A stretch of 50,968 nt of DNA, counting the filler, from Catajapyx aquilonaris (taxonomy: Eukaryota), in NCBI GenBank assembly GCA_000934665.2. It is 2 parts of 2 records of this genome, joined end to end, with 100 filler letters (N's around TTAATTAATTAA, not from the genome) between each part and the next. Parts side by side here need not be neighbours in the genome. Positions count along the whole stretch, not along the records: positions 25,493 to 50,968 come from JYFJ02005372.1; 1 more part is not named here. One strand, written 5' to 3'. Below, one piece after another: positions 35,197 through 50,100 of the stretch. Under the pieces are notes generated by a model. The model did no database searches, was not told the DNA's origin, and saw only the letters and a list, made by a program, of their open reading frames with translations. Position 1 is the stretch's first letter. Every line of letters begins with the position of its first letter. Position numbers and translations under genes: made by a program.

Positions 35197-38100
35197 ATTT
35201 GATCATTAGTGTCAACAAAATTTGCCCTTATTATTTTTATTTGCATTGTTAGAGGTCAGTAGCGAGGACATTAAAGGTGTGAGCACAGCCTGTCGCATTT
35301 CCGCCAGATGGCAGGACCAATACTGCGCCATCTGTCAGCAACTCATCGAAGTAGTGGGCCATATGCCGACTCTGCCAAAAGTTCCGTCCGGCAGGAACCA
35401 GGCGGCGCCAGTGATTTGTGCATTTTTTTTATGCGCGATACTTGCCACATCTGCTGCCTCCGAAGGGTATGATGTCAAACTGTATGTCGCACGCTGTACT
35501 GTACAGCCCCTGGAGCCGTTACTTGCTCGAGAATAAAACCCCCGGTCTTTGTAATGGAGAAGCACTGTTCTGCTGTATATTGACTACCTTTTCGGACAGT
35601 GTTGAAGTGTGGTCTGGAAGACACGGGGCACAGAAAAAGTTATGTGACGGAACAGGTGAAATCCGGAGAGCTTTTCTCTTGTCTGATTTCGCCGGATTTC
35701 GCAGACATCCCCTGGAGTACTGAAGTTGGCAGAACCAGACGTGCTACATTTGGCCAATACTTGTCCTTTAGGAGCAATCCGGTTCCGATGTAAGGACACC
35801 ACAAGGCAGAATATCTCGTTTCCAAGTGGAAGTGCCAAATATGCGCAAAAAAAAATTCGCTCGTCCGCAGTAATATTACAATAACTCAATAAGAACCTGC
35901 GGTTGGGTTATATGGATCTCGTCTCGTCTCTTTCCCTTATTGTTGCATTATGCATAGCGGCATCAGTACTCCAAACAACCAGATCGTTAAGCGACTTGGC
36001 GGTATGTGCGAATTATTTAGGAAGATTTGCGACTGAGGCCCACTTCTCCTCTTCTTCCTCATAGTTAAGACCAAAAGACACGTTTCCACCCTCTCCTCGG
36101 GCTCGCTTTACTTGTACGTGCTGAAATTTTAAATCCTCTCTGATCGTTTCGTCTTTTCCTTTTGGTGCAAGGGAAGAGACTTGCGGCTCCTTCAATTTTT
36201 GGGGCCTGATCCCGACAGTTTCGCGACCCTTTTTTTTCTTCTTCGATATTGCATCTTTACAATCGGGGTCAATCGGGCTATTACTTCACAGCAGCGTTGT
36301 ATCAATAGCATCTCAAATCCTGGTTTGTTGTCAATTGGTATGGCCTTGAAGGAAATTATTTGGGAGACATGTAGGTCAGGACAATCTGGAACTAACGACA
36401 CAATATGGAGTCGATTTGATCCGGTTTGTCCTAATAATCGATGCTAATAATGCAATAATGTGTCAACCCACAAAAATGTCACAAAATTCAATTAAAGTCG
36501 AGCAGGCGACTTCTGCAATAAATGACCGAAAGGGACACTGACAGGCTTGACATTCAAAGCCCTTTTTCTCAATGTGGGTTGACTTATTATTGCATAACAC
36601 AGTCCAATTTGCATTTACGTACTGCCAGTTAGCGGTTGGTGCAATCGGACATTATGTGGAAAATTCGAGGTGTTGGCATATATAAATACAACCGCAGCCT
36701 TTATGCTTAATGTACTGCCTGTTAATGGCCTCTTGGAGGTAAATGGAGCAATTAAATGCTCAGAGCGTCTTAAGACCGATCATGGTGCGGCCGGGTGTAA
36801 AACAAAGGCCCTTCAAGCAGTTCAAGGATTAGAGGTTGCAGTACAGTACTTGGTGGGCTTACTTAAGCAGGCAGAAGTAAATCGACCATTAGTTTAAAGA
36901 CTGCACCGAATTAGCCAGATCTTGTTAACTTTTTGACAATATTTCATTTTTTTATCCAATTTTTTTTTCAGTAAGTGTACCTGATGGCGTTAAATTGACC
37001 ATGCAGATGTGGCTGCCGGTTGTTGTGATGGAAGCTAAAGCGTTTTCCTATCGAGAGAACATGGCAAATATGGAGGAAGCTTCCGTCGGTTGGGGAGCAA
37101 GCAGCAAAAGGCCTCTCTCTCGGTTTAGCAATGCAGATGCAATTAGGTTGCAAGTCCCGGGCATAAAAGCTGGAAAATCGAACCCACAATTGCCTTTTCG
37201 GTCGCGGGTCTTTGAGATGCGCCGGATGTCGTTATGGATGGATTTGCGTGGGGGGGTCTGAACTCACCGGGAGTTATTTATGTGTACTGCTCCAAATTGT
37301 CCGAGAAAACTTTTTTCATTGCCACTCTGGCGTAATACGTGCTCGTGAGGTACAATGCACCACGAAAATATGCCGGATCTCTCTCTGGAATGCACGAGGC
37401 ACTTCGCTTCAACAATCAGCATACCAAGCGACCTGCTAATAGAGATCACGTGCCTTGAGATCAAAGTCTAAAGTGTCTGCAACAATGCGCTAATTATAAT
37501 GTAAATACACTACATATGATTTTATTTTACGAGAGCAACCCACACTTGCGCAAGTACATTGTTCGGACGACAACGTTGCCACAGTTATTCATCAGGTAGC
37601 CTCTTGGCAACATCGCAAAAGTCGGCCATATTGTTACTCCCTCAAGCTTATAGTGTTGGAAATAATTTGCGCGAACTGTGTTGCGCACTCGTTTTTTTAT
37701 TTAAAAAAATCATATAACACATTATAGAACCTATAATGCTGCTGATTTCATAATTTAAAAATAGCCTTAATTAAGTCAGCTTAGTGCGAAAAATTTCTAA
37801 CCACTGTAGATTGTTGGACCAGATGCTTCTGTGAGCAATTCGGATTGACAATCCGCGAACTTGGCATTTTTGTAAGGATTTTTTATTGCGGAGGGTGCCA
37901 AGTCCAGTCCTTTCCAAACCCCCGGTAATGTACTACACGACGACCTTGGCGGAAAGCCCAAAAACTGCCAAAATTTTTTTCCAAACCACATGATAAATCT
38001 AGCGTAATAGCCATGACCACAGGAACGACCTTGATCCTCATAAATCCTTCAAAATAATTCTGACATATTTTTAAGCAACATGAAATCATTACGCTAAACA

Positions 38101-41100
38101 TGTCACAAAATGGTTTCATGGGTGTGCTTCATGATATTTGGAATCTATCTGACACACAAAGTTACTGCAATATCCAGGAAGCCATTGAGGCTGTAATGAA
38201 TAGTGCTTAGTTTTTGAGAGCGTTTTTTTATAAAATTGAGCAGGAAAAACTAGCCCATTCAGCTCACACCATACTCCAATAATAATGGGCCAATGAAATG
38301 TGTCCTACGCGTTAAATCATAACCAGCCCCGCGCTTTTTGACTGCATTGGGCGCATGTAAAAACCACTCTATCTGCTGCACTAGGCACTGGAAAATGTCG
38401 TGTGTCATCTGAACTCGTGCTGCAAAGACCATGACCATTACTGGGTACGAGCTGTGCACAATAATTCGGCGGGAAACCCATTTTTATAGCACATTTCTTT
38501 TTTTTGCCAATTAATTTCAGCCGTTGTCCTGTACAACTGACAGTCGTTTTTCGAGACTTACTTTTGAACAACGAGGTCGTTTGGGAGTGATAGATCAAGA
38601 AAAACATCAATAACAGGCACACACTGTACGAGCTGGTGATCAATCGTCTCAGGCTCCAGGCACACAGGGTGTTTCATAATGAGTCAAACTTTTTACCTAA
38701 ATGTGAACCAGACGGTCACTTTATGTAGAAGAGTCGTTTGGTCTCCGAAGCCTCCTTCCTGAGATAATCACCATTAATTAATGAGTATACACTTCCATCG
38801 CCACAGATATTGCCTGCAACACTGAAGTTTGAATTAACATTTTTAATTGACTGATGACATATTTAAACATCATTAATATTAATTTAATTTGAATTCTTTG
38901 CAGCAATCAGGCAGCTGTTATAAAATTCCAGTCATTTAGGGCTCGTTTATTGCCGCTGGTTGAAAATTTGAATGCAGACCAAATTATGCGTTAATCTAAT
39001 TTACTTGTCGTTTAAAGTGCTTGTGCCTTTGCAGATCAATACCAAAATGCACACAGTGAGCGTTCAATGTTTCTGTAACTCCGATCGCTTTGTGGGCTTT
39101 TCCTTTGGGAGATTACATTTTTACCTTGAACTATTGCATGACCTGCATAATAGAAACTTGTAGTAATCAGCGGGAACTCGAAATAACGTCACTTTGAATC
39201 ATTTATAGAGAAGAGACGATGTATTGCTGTCTTATTTTTCATGATTTGAAGTGTATGTTGTGTGTGCGAGGATTTTGCCCAGCCTATTGTCAGAGGTCAA
39301 AGTGAAGAAATTTCCGAACGGGAAACCGCGAGTATAGCTCTAGGGAGCGCTAGAGAGTGAAGAAGAAGAAAGAAGGAGGAGGGAAAAAACCCATTCCTGG
39401 AAGGGATCCAAAACTTGGAATCTCCATCAAACTACAGATCCTCCAAACTCCGGAAAAAGTCCGTAACGTCATTGGCTTCCTATATATAGGCAATCGAAAC
39501 GAAACAACGTGATGGGTCCAATAGAGACGCCTTTTTTGTTGTTCATGTAAAGGATGCATTACACGTGTCAGGACTGACGGGTGTCAGGTATTTCGGTGAT
39601 GTCGGGAGATTGATTTTTTTTTGGGTAGAACTAAAAGAATCTTTGGCATTTACGACCAATTGATCGCGTCAATTTTGGCTTGGAAAGCTCTGGTGCCAGC
39701 CATCGTAAAAAAAGTATTGCAAGTTTTAACAACAGGGGGTCATCCAAAAAGTTTGCAGATTACCTACCAATAAAAGATAGTGCAAAAAAAAAGTTGGTCC
39801 AAATCTGGACTAACTGCTTGTGTACTGTGAGAGGAAATCAGCGCACTGGAATTAGGTTATATATATGTCACCCTATATTAAACGCGGCAGAAAATTTGCA
39901 AAAATTTGCTGACCTGTTTGGAACGACTTTTCAGCCACAACGTCACCAGAGGATGTTCCATACTATGTGACTAATATGTCAGGTTATGCAGTGCAACTAA
40001 CGACGTTTCCTTTCAAAAAAAAAGTGACAAGGGAAATTTAGCTTGTTAATAACACAGTGCATAATCAGACATGCAAAAAAAAGCTTGATGCAAGAAATTA
40101 CATTTTTTTTTGCAACGCGACAAACCAGGTGTCGTATAACACACCTCAACTTGTCATTATTGCCTAATATAATTTCGTGGAGAGCTTTCATTACATTTCT
40201 CTCTGCAAAGCTCCTGCAAGTTGGCGAGCGGCTACTGTGCCATTGGGACCCAGCCTCTCATTTTTGTGTGTGTGTGTGTGTCCCAACCGACCCTCATACA
40301 GAAACTGAGGCTAAAAATGCTGTAGAATTGCAGGCAGTTTTTTTAAACTCCCAAACTGCTACAATTATGGGGGGTCAGAAACCTCTTTTATTGCTGCATC
40401 CTGATAATGGAAGTAGTTATGTATATACAGGGTGGTGCACTGACCAAGTCCACACTCCAGCAGCGATCAGATTGAAAAGAGATGCTAAACAGCCATGATA
40501 TTATTGCAGAAAATGGGAACTGATAATTTTTGCATGTGTATGCTACTAGTGAATGTTTCTCCCTCTGAAATGATAAAACAAAGTTTTGTTTGGATGCATC
40601 TGCAGTGTGTCCAAATTGTCTTCATTATGGACATGCCAGTTACAGTCTTTTTTTTAAAAAAAACTCTTTGAGCAAAACTGTTGCACCAAGACGGACGTAA
40701 GATGAAGCAGAGCAGAGAGACAGCTTCAAAGGCAGATGGAACCAACTGACTATATCAGAGCTACGGTCCAGAGAGTGGTGTAAAATCGAGTTAGGTTGTA
40801 ACAGGAGATGGTCAGAGCACCGGAATTATTCATTTTACCTCTCCGAATGTCTGAAACATGTACCGGATTTATAAAAGCTTTATTAAAATATGCGGTGCAT
40901 GAATAAACGATAGCTGCATGAGCCGTACAGGGTGCTACAGCTGATAGTTGGAAATGCAATAAGCAGCCTGAAATTTATCCAACTGCTTCAGGCAGTTCCA
41001 GCTGATGGAGACTCTATCAAAAAAATACGGATTTTTTTTTGAGAGCCAAAGTTTAGTTTTTAAAAAGTGAATTCTTGTGGGAGAAATGATCCTGTAATAT

Positions 41101-41388
41101 CCCAAGTGCATGCCTCAAAAGTTGCATTGCTGCTCCCTCGGAGTTTAATCATCACCCGTGGACATTAGCGTACACATCTGCAGCGGCAATTCCCAACTAC
41201 TTAAACCGATAGGAAGGCTACCTTCCGGGCCGTAATTACCCGTGGCAAAGGGACCTGGCATCCTTCACCTCAATAATTCATCGATCACCGCACCGAGAAG
41301 GAGAATACAAGCCCACAATTGTGCATTCATTGGATCCAGTATAAGTTCAAGTCGCAATTTAAAGACTTTTCTTATCATCAAAAAAATG

Positions 41389-41570
41389 GTATGTCCGTCC
41401 GTCTGTCTGTGTACAGGTATCAGGGCCTAAACTGCAAGAGATAGCGACAAACGGTTGTCGGATTTGGATTCAGTGGACACTAACGAGGTTTCATGGTCAA
41501 CTTCAGGGTTTCCGGGTTAACTCGATCCGCCAAAGGTCACGTCTACAGTCGCGGGTGACCTTGCGTTATT
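41389..41570 (+). mobile_element. DINE/Helentron-like non-autonomous element
   Basis: GTCY microsatellite gtatgtccgtccgtctgtctgt, and a 3' inverted repeat aaggtcac...gtgacctt before a T-rich stretch. Confidence 0.35.
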
Positions 41571-42042
41571 TTGCAACAAGAAATGAGACTGACAACATTC
41601 TATGCCATTGTAGGCAGCGGATCATCGCACATCGCATCATTTCAGCTGCCCAATGAGAAAAAAGTCTACTCGAATCACGCTCGCGTGATTTGCCAATCTT
41701 GTTTAGCTAATCACAAATATTGAAAATACTTGTTATTTTTTTAGAAATTTGGTGAGGATTTGAGGTGATTTTTTTAAAGGTGCTTCTTAGGTTTATATCG
41801 ATTTGAAACAGAAGCCAAAGTGGTCTGAAAAGAAAGGCATAAACGACCGTGACTTTCCATTTTCATTCCGGTGTTAATGGGGCCAAACGGGGCACATCCT
41901 GGGGAAAGGGGCCAGCAGATCCGGATCCAACTTTACGGAGAATGGACACAGCTGGAAAGGGGTTTGAGGTGCTTTTCTGGAGATGGGTGGGATCCCCAGC
42001 AGGGCTTTTGGGGGGGTCCAATGGCGGAATTGAGACGTTAGG

Positions 42043-42046
<4 letters not shown>

Positions 42047-42082
<36 letters not shown>
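42047..42082. repeat. (AG)18 microsatellite
   Basis: Direct reading. Confidence 0.95.
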
Positions 42083-42083
<1 letters not shown>

Positions 42084-44315
42084 CTGAGCCCTCCCTGTAG
42101 TAATTAGATGCAGGTCTGCTCAATTTAACAGTCGGTGCATTTAGACAAAGATCCATTAATCCTGTCATTCTTGGGTTGGAATCGTGATGATGATTGGAAA
42201 AGCAGCGTTCCTGGATTGGATAGGTCGAGCTATTCACCCGTAAGTGATTAGTATGCAATAAATATCCCCATCGGCTTCATTTGTATATAGACCTGAGGCT
42301 ATGCTGAACCTTCCCCCAACAATATATATAGTTTCTAAGTAGATACCGAGAGAGGATCCTGCTGTGTGTAGCTTGCTGGGTGATCTTATGACGCTTGGAG
42401 GCATGGAGCAAGTTTATGGCCGATAAGACCTTCATTAGCTTTTAATGAATAAGGCCAAAAAGCACACAGGGTTTAATCCTCGGCGGGAGTATTTTCGTGC
42501 CTAAAAACGGAGGGGGGCAAAACTTTAATGCCCACAAAAAATATTTATCTAGCTCGGTGGGGGTGCAGGTCGTTGTTTTTCGGCAAAATAACACCCCCAG
42601 GTAATGACCTCGCTTTTTAATTAATTTGGAATCCTAAAGAACCAGCGATTTTTTTTTGCAGGTGGGAAAAATAACAATTTTAAATGCCAAGGCCAGAAAT
42701 GAAGTGCCGAACCTTTTTGTAACCACAATTAATGAGATGCAGAAAATACCATTAGGTCAGCTTGCTATTTTTTTTGTACGTTATTTTCCACTTCCGTTTT
42801 CTATTTGTGGCTTGGGGGGGNACAGGTTCTTAATTGAACGAACTGGAAGTTAGAGGGAGTTAAGCCAGAAGTAAACCCGAGATCAAGTTTCCAGCAGGCT
42901 GTGGAGTTAAATTAGTTAAGGGTACATTACACACACGCGGGCCACAATGCCAAAAGAGGGTTTTCTTTAATCTTGAACAATTTTTTTCACTCTCTCTCTT
43001 TTTTTTCTTACAGGAAAGAAGCGATTTGATGCAGCTCGTCACCTCAGCTTTAAAGCTCGGTCCCGATTGCAACATGACAACGCTGTGGGTGAGTAAAATC
43101 ATTTAAAGCAATTGGCCACACACAGCAGGGCTCGTTTGGGTCAGAGTCGCGATAAGACTACAGGAAAATATATTTTGTCACCAGGGAATCGCATCGGGGT
43201 TCAAAAAGTGGCTATTGGGATAATGCAACAAGCCCACAGGTATGGCCAATAGTGCTTTTCAAGACAAAGAATATTCAGAGTGCCCAGAGGTAGTTCGTGG
43301 TGCGCATTTTGTACGACTTTTTTTTGTCTCTCTTTATACTGAGATACGAATCTTGACTTCAAGGCTGCAACGTTGCCATGTTGTAATCCCATGTGTATAC
43401 CGGAACCATTGTTGCGCATTATTGTTTCCTTACCTTCATTTTATTAATATTTCAGGACGTCGTGACTCTTGGAAGGTCAGATGTGTAGCGATAATTATGT
43501 ATGATTTAAGTTACGTCCCCCCCCCTCTACAGATCCATCATGCCAAAGCAGCTTAAGTTCTCTTAAAGCTCAGGGGTTTAAAAAATTTATGCTTGCCCCA
43601 GTGACCCGAAATGCGCACAATAATAGGCTCGCCCCGGAAATAATGACCAAAAAAAAAAGAAAAAGAGAAACGTGTATTCTGGACCTTGCGGTTATTCAAT
43701 TATTAGCGATCGAAACCAATGAAATGTTGAGAATAACCAATCGATAGGAAATCCGGGTCATTGTGCTTCTGAAATATATAATATACAGGGCGATGCATTG
43801 CCTAATGTCCACCCGGATTGTTTACCCCAGCAAAAAACAACAGGAAACTCCTATCTCTATTTTAGGAGTTGGGACCTTAAAAGTGTTGTTTCGTCGCCAT
43901 GTTAAAAAATTATATGAAATCCATAACCGTGTTTTTTAAAGGCGATCCGGGCCGTAATCTTAAATCAACAATGGCCATCTCACCGCCGTCATTTTTAAGG
44001 GCATCATAAATACATTTTTTAAATGCGCAGTGAAGCGACGCTGGATGACCGGAGTGTGACCAAGGATCCGATGCGTTTATTGAGTACCCCCAAGTAGTCG
44101 TTAAAAAACTGTGGAGGGAAACGAAAAAAAAAAAGAAGGAAAAAGAAGGACATCCTGGCCAGTTTCCCAGGGCTTCCCGCGGGTTATCTTCCGGAGAAGG
44201 CCCCCCCGTTTGTCGAGTTATAGGATCGTATATTTTTGCAACGAATCGCAGGTTGGGTCCAGCAGACCCAGTCGTCCGTCATACACTTTTTTTGGTATAC
44301 GGATGTAAAACGATA

Positions 44316-44438
44316 CAGGGTGGTCCAACATTAGCTGCTTCGTAATAATCAGAATAATTAGTTGTCTCATGGCGATTCATTTGGCAAAATGTTGCAAAAT
44401 AGCTGCATCGAATGTTCATTTATTGTTGAACCACCCTG
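44316..44438. mobile_element. 123-bp Tc1/mariner MITE
   Basis: TA|CAGGGTGGTCCAACA...TGTTGAACCACCCTG|TA: 15-bp TIRs with 1 mismatch and a TA TSD. Confidence 0.8.
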
Positions 44439-47400
44439 TAGATCCGGACTCTTGGAAGTCCCAAAAGTGTCTCTGTTACGATGACATGTGGCTAGAGTCG
44501 CAGGCTGCTGGAGAAATAAGAAATGAAGGAAGTATAGGGTGTAAGCCTCCGGGGTTAGTATCGGAAAACAGTTGGCTGGAGCATAATAATCCGGGGGCCA
44601 ACTATTTGACCGCGTGTCATGGGGGGTCAATATGGGACCCTTTTCACAGCATTTTCCAGAACTGGAAATCTATACCCGTATTTTGACAGTCGACCATCGT
44701 TATAATGAACTGGATTTTAGAAGCAACTGGGAGGCAAAGTTGATGCGGGGGGGATTTTGGCACGATTTTCGCGCATTGGACTGTGCATGGGCGTGCATTT
44801 TGGCCTAATTAGCATGTACGTGAATGTGCATTTTAACATATTTATGCGGCACGTGGATGACAGTTTTTGCACAAACTGAATAGACCCCACGTGCATATTA
44901 TTGCAATGAATTTTGCGAAAAACATCATCTGAATGTACAGTACAGTGTGCTGGTAACATGTAAAATCCATACCTCCAAAGTTGCAATTATTTTTTTATAT
45001 GACGCATATTTTAACCAGGGATTAAGCTGCTCCTCGACTTTTCGCCGAAAAATGGCGACTTGGAAAACTCCCGGGAAATTCTCTTGCCCTCAGAATAATT
45101 ATGAAACAAATGCTTTAAAACCTTCTCTGCTTGAATTTGGAGGTGGATGTACCCCACAGGGCTTTGCTGAATGTGGATTACATCTTCGGAAATGGCCCCA
45201 TAGGTACTATCCTGAATGCTTAATATTCGCACTCATATCAGTAAAGGTTTCCTTGAGAGCACGATTTCACGCCGTGGTTGGGAGTCATCTACATGATGGG
45301 AGCCAGTGTTGCATCAACATTAACCCAGAGAGGAAATTGCGCCACTGGCTGCCACTGTAATCCGCGGTGCTCAAATATTTTTCGCAAATTCTAGCAATTA
45401 AAACAATTTTTTTGCAAAAATAATTTTTAAAAAGATTTGTGAGTTTAGCTAAACAGTGTTTCAACAATGACATCCCGATCTATTCGGAACCCAGGTGCGC
45501 ACACTTTTTTTTTTCTTTCTTTCATGAAACCAGAGTGATTTTCTCTCCCCCCCCAATCACAAAACCTTCCAACACCCTTCCAGCCATATTGGATCCCTGA
45601 CGAATATGAGCTTCCAGCCCACCGTCTCTCATCAATCACCATGATTGGAACGAGAGGCTTTTCAAGCAGGGGGGAAAGGGATGTTGATAGCGGGAAATTT
45701 TTACTTCCTCCTCGTCTCCTTTCCATTGCTGCTTGTTCCTCGTTAGAACCAAAAGTTTCCCCCTTCCAAGCCATCATACTTGTGCTCGAATTAAGCCTCA
45801 CCCTCCACAAGGGTTGGCCATGATATCAGCGGGTCCTTAACCCACTAATATTTTTTCCAGCTCACGTATAGAAGGGCTTTGCTTTTTATTGTTGACAGGG
45901 ATCATATGGCGAGAGGCAGTTAATTACTCCCAAAGTTATATTGGGCAGACATTATAATTTCATTAAAATGTGACTGTTTAACTTCAGCACTGTTGCGTAT
46001 TCATCAGTCCACATATTTTTTTCTGCATGGACAGAAAATCTTGCGGAGTTATGATCCAGAAGAAGCATCAAGACCAGAGTCATTTCCGAAAGATATTTTC
46101 TTAGCCTTCCAGTGATGACTGTTGCATCTCGCTGTTTTATTATCTTCTGGCCATTTATCTCCTTCGAGTCTGAGAATGAAATATGAAAAAAAACGTATAT
46201 ATTCACAGCGATTCGAAGAGTTTCTGGAAAAAAATAATGGCTTTGCACTTCCCTCCAGCAATAACCTTTTTTTCTGGTTTGAAATGGGTAGTATTTCTTT
46301 TTACGGATTTCGACAAGCTTCAAAACGAGACATTTTCATGGCAGCAAGACTGTGCATTTTTGGATGCATAATTAATGATTAATAATTATTCGCTCGAGAT
46401 TTAGCTCTAGCCGAATGCCAATTGCAGCCTAAATAATGCCTAGGACAAACCCCAACGGACTTGAATATTCATTTCCAAAGCAGGGCCCGTAAGGAATTGC
46501 TTAGGTGTCGCGAAGTTTCAGCTTTTCCCTTAACAGGAATGGAATATTTATGGTGCTTTATATATAGGTTTTAGAGGAAGACTAGTGTATATTTTCCTCC
46601 TGAGAAGTAGGGCAGAAACGCCTTCCTTAAGTCTTGATGCCTTGCAACGGTAAATAAGCTGGCAATTATTATTCCCGCAAGCATAATATAAATCTTGGGG
46701 AAGCAATTAAGCCGGGGCATAAATTATAATCATTAATTAATACAAAGTTTGACTCCGGGGACGTGTTAACGGTAGTAATTGATCTGGAATTAAGGACGGG
46801 ATGTTCTTAAGGGAAAACTGATTAGATCGCTGCGAAAATGTTTCAATATTGAAACACACTGTACTTGTAATGTAACCTGTTTTTAAAAGGATACTGTACA
46901 TGGAAACACTCAGGAATCTTGACATTCAAAGCTGAACGGTTTTGCACAATACGTGCTGAATAGCTCGAGTGCTTCGTACATTACATACGACAACTCCGGA
47001 TGAGAAATTGGCGAAATAAACGTCGCAAACTATTCTTATTGCAGTACGTGATTAATAAAACTGACATCGTCACACACATAAAAAAATAGGGCATCGTTTA
47101 CGTTCCGGAACAGAACTCTTCTCCATATTTTTTAAATAAATGCTCTAGCAGTCATATCCGGACAAGACAGCATATACATGCACCGACTATAAAAGCAAAC
47201 AGAATTTGCATAAGGAACCATTCGGCATAAATTTCGAGGTAATAAGTCAGGCCTCTAAGGGACGTTGCCTGGTTTATTTCTCAGATATTAAAAAAAGAAG
47301 AAGAAAAATAATGAGACTGGAGGAAGGGGTTATCCGGATAATAATTACACGTGCAAAACCCAACCCCGTTAGACTGCGGACTGGCGGCGCGTCTGAAAGT

Positions 47401-49820
47401 CAATATAACTCCTTTTGAAGGCCGCCGCCATAACTTTGCCAGGCTTATTGACTGCCATTGTCGAGTTGAAACTGAACCTGTCATTTGTACCCAAATTTAG
47501 GTTACTGTACCATATCGGAAGAAGGGTTTTTTTTCTTCTTTCATTTCCCGGAGAGCGAGTTGGACACGTTGCGTGATCTCACATTGCTTTGTGAATGTAG
47601 GTCACTGAGGAAAACTATAACAATTATTGTCAATTATTGATGGTAAAAAAGGAGGTCGTTGTGATTCAAGGAAAACTTTGGTATAGGGTTGGAGACATGA
47701 AAGAGCATATCAATTTTAGTACCTCTATTTGTACGGCATGCAGGGGTGGTGGAAAGTAACTTATAAAATTTCATTTTTCGGGGGTTGCTCGAGCTAGACA
47801 CGCATCATGCTCACTGGCGGAGAAAGAAGAAGAAGAAAAAGTTGTGCAATTCTCACGATGGGAGACTTATTCCCATGAAAACGTTACAAAGGGGGAAAAA
47901 AAGGTACCATCTGTCTGCATAGCGAGTTATATCGACCATGTGAATGTATCTTTTTTTATTATTACTTTATCCGTATGATGTCAAGGAGTATATAGATGTG
48001 GAAGTAATATTAGATCGAAAAAAAATTTCGAAGCGTAGTGCAATGGCGCCGTAAAGTCGTTGGAAAATTACTGACTAGACGGCTCGTCGTTTATAATGTA
48101 AAATGGTTGAAGCCGAGCTTAACTTTCCCACGCATGTAAAAGGCAGGCAAGGGCTCCATGGAATATTCTCCAGGGATTCCACACTCTATTCATTGTTTCT
48201 GGATGAATTTTATGTACGACAGAAATTTACAACTGGAAAAAAATTGTTATTATTATTAAATGATATCCTTTACTTTTTGACCATTAGGCTAAGAGCTTCC
48301 CTGCCATTCGTCAACCCATTGGGACAATAAATTGAAGTATTTTAGAGCCTTATGCAGCAGATAGTATGCATATCTCTGATATTTGGGATGAGGGGGGGGT
48401 TCGTGATTATGGTCATTACAGCTAAAATTGTGGGAGCGATCGAAGATGATTATAGCAGCCTTCAAATATTAAGCGTGCATGATACGGTGGAGCCTCCTTT
48501 TGCTTATGAAAAACCAGCATCAAAATAAAAAATCCCATGTCGATGGATAATAACGTCGTTATCTGCCAGCAGGGCGTCAATTTGTTCGGGACGAAGGATT
48601 GTTTTCGGAAATCCATCATCAATAATAACCGGTGAGTTGTAAGAGGCTGGAAGACCTGTGCGAAAGTCTTCAACGTCTTCCGAATTCAAAGGGCTCCTTT
48701 CTCACATATTATTTTTTTCCCCCGCCTTACCGTGTGCCATCAAAGGGCTCTGACACAAAATTTATGGCAGGCCTGTGAAGGCGGAGGAATATAGAGAGAG
48801 AAACGAAGAAGAAGAAGAAAAAAATGGCGTTAGATTTGGCATTGATGGCACACCAGAAATACTGAAAGCTGGCGGACTCTACAAAATCGATGCCCATAAA
48901 TCCAGAAATCTTCTGCTGGTAATTTGTCCCAGACAAGCAGAATAAGTTACCAACATATTACACTGGTGCAAGTTTCCATGAACTTACAGGACAGCAGCTC
49001 ACTGTAATCATGCCAAGAAAAGCGGATGGGTAGGAATTTTCATTGTTTCACATTATAAAAACAGGCACATGATATTATGCATATGCTGTGATAATAATGT
49101 TTTATTTTTATTGCAATGATCAACGATGCCCAATGTAGATAGCTTAAAATACTGTTCACTAAAACCGGCTGACATTTAATCAAATCAATGGATGTATAAT
49201 ATTGCTGTACAGTGTGATATCTTTTCAAATTGGGTGTACTGTACAGCACAAATTACAATGAGCGACCATGATTTCGCATACATCAGTGTCATAAAAGTTC
49301 GGATTAATGAATAATATGCAATTAAAATTGGGCATGACCTATCATTTGCAAAGGATTTACAATCTCTTCAGGTTCGTGACATCTGTGATTGTTTCTAATG
49401 TCACACAAAAATCAAGTTGGCGACTTTCAAATTCAAATTGTTTACTTTACTCCTAGCGAACAATATATTCCACATTTTATCTAATATGATTAGAAGCAAT
49501 CTCTGCTAAAATTGATTATGATATTTTTGTACATACATATGATTGTAGATAATATTTTCATTAAGACGTATAACTAATTTCCTTTTTAACTGCTCAATGA
49601 CGGCAGTTCGTGCACAAGTAATAATTAATAATTTAATATTATGAATTAATACCACGGATTCATGGCATACCGTATTTTTTATGTTTCGCGGAGGAATGTG
49701 ATAATAAAATACCTGACAATCTGACCTTAATTGAAGACAAATTCTACGAACCTATTCAACTTCCTGCAAGCTTAAACTGCTGCGGGAAAGTATAGAAAGT
49801 TTGCTAACTTATATCTTTAA

Positions 49821-50100
49821 CTAGCAGGATACCCGGCGTTGCTCGGGTTATGAAATACTTTTCCATAGGAGTGACCCATTGATTTGGTAGTAATCTTTGC
49901 AATAATGGGGAAGTAGCCTTCATTTTGGAAACTACATAATAAATTCGCCCATATTTTTTGGATTTTTTTGGCATATTCCGTTTTAAGATATCAGGTTCAG
50001 TTCCGGAGTAATTGGGGTTTTTATGTAGGCTACTGGTGACGTCACTGTTTCCCTAGAAAATGTTGACGTCACGCGAAGTGAAATGAACGCAAAAATGGNG
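49821..50100 (-). mobile_element. Helitron 3' terminus
   Basis: The minus strand reads ACCCGAGCAACGCCGGGT (hairpin)-ATCCTG-CTAG|T, the canonical Helitron 3' end. The other boundary is approximate. Confidence 0.7.

Noticed and set aside
46578..46590. miR-7-like GGAAGACTAGTG
   Set aside because: Only 12 nt match and there is no hairpin.
48504..48689. Protein-looking 61-aa minus-strand ORF
   Set aside because: No ATG, no recognisable domain and no convincing splice sites.
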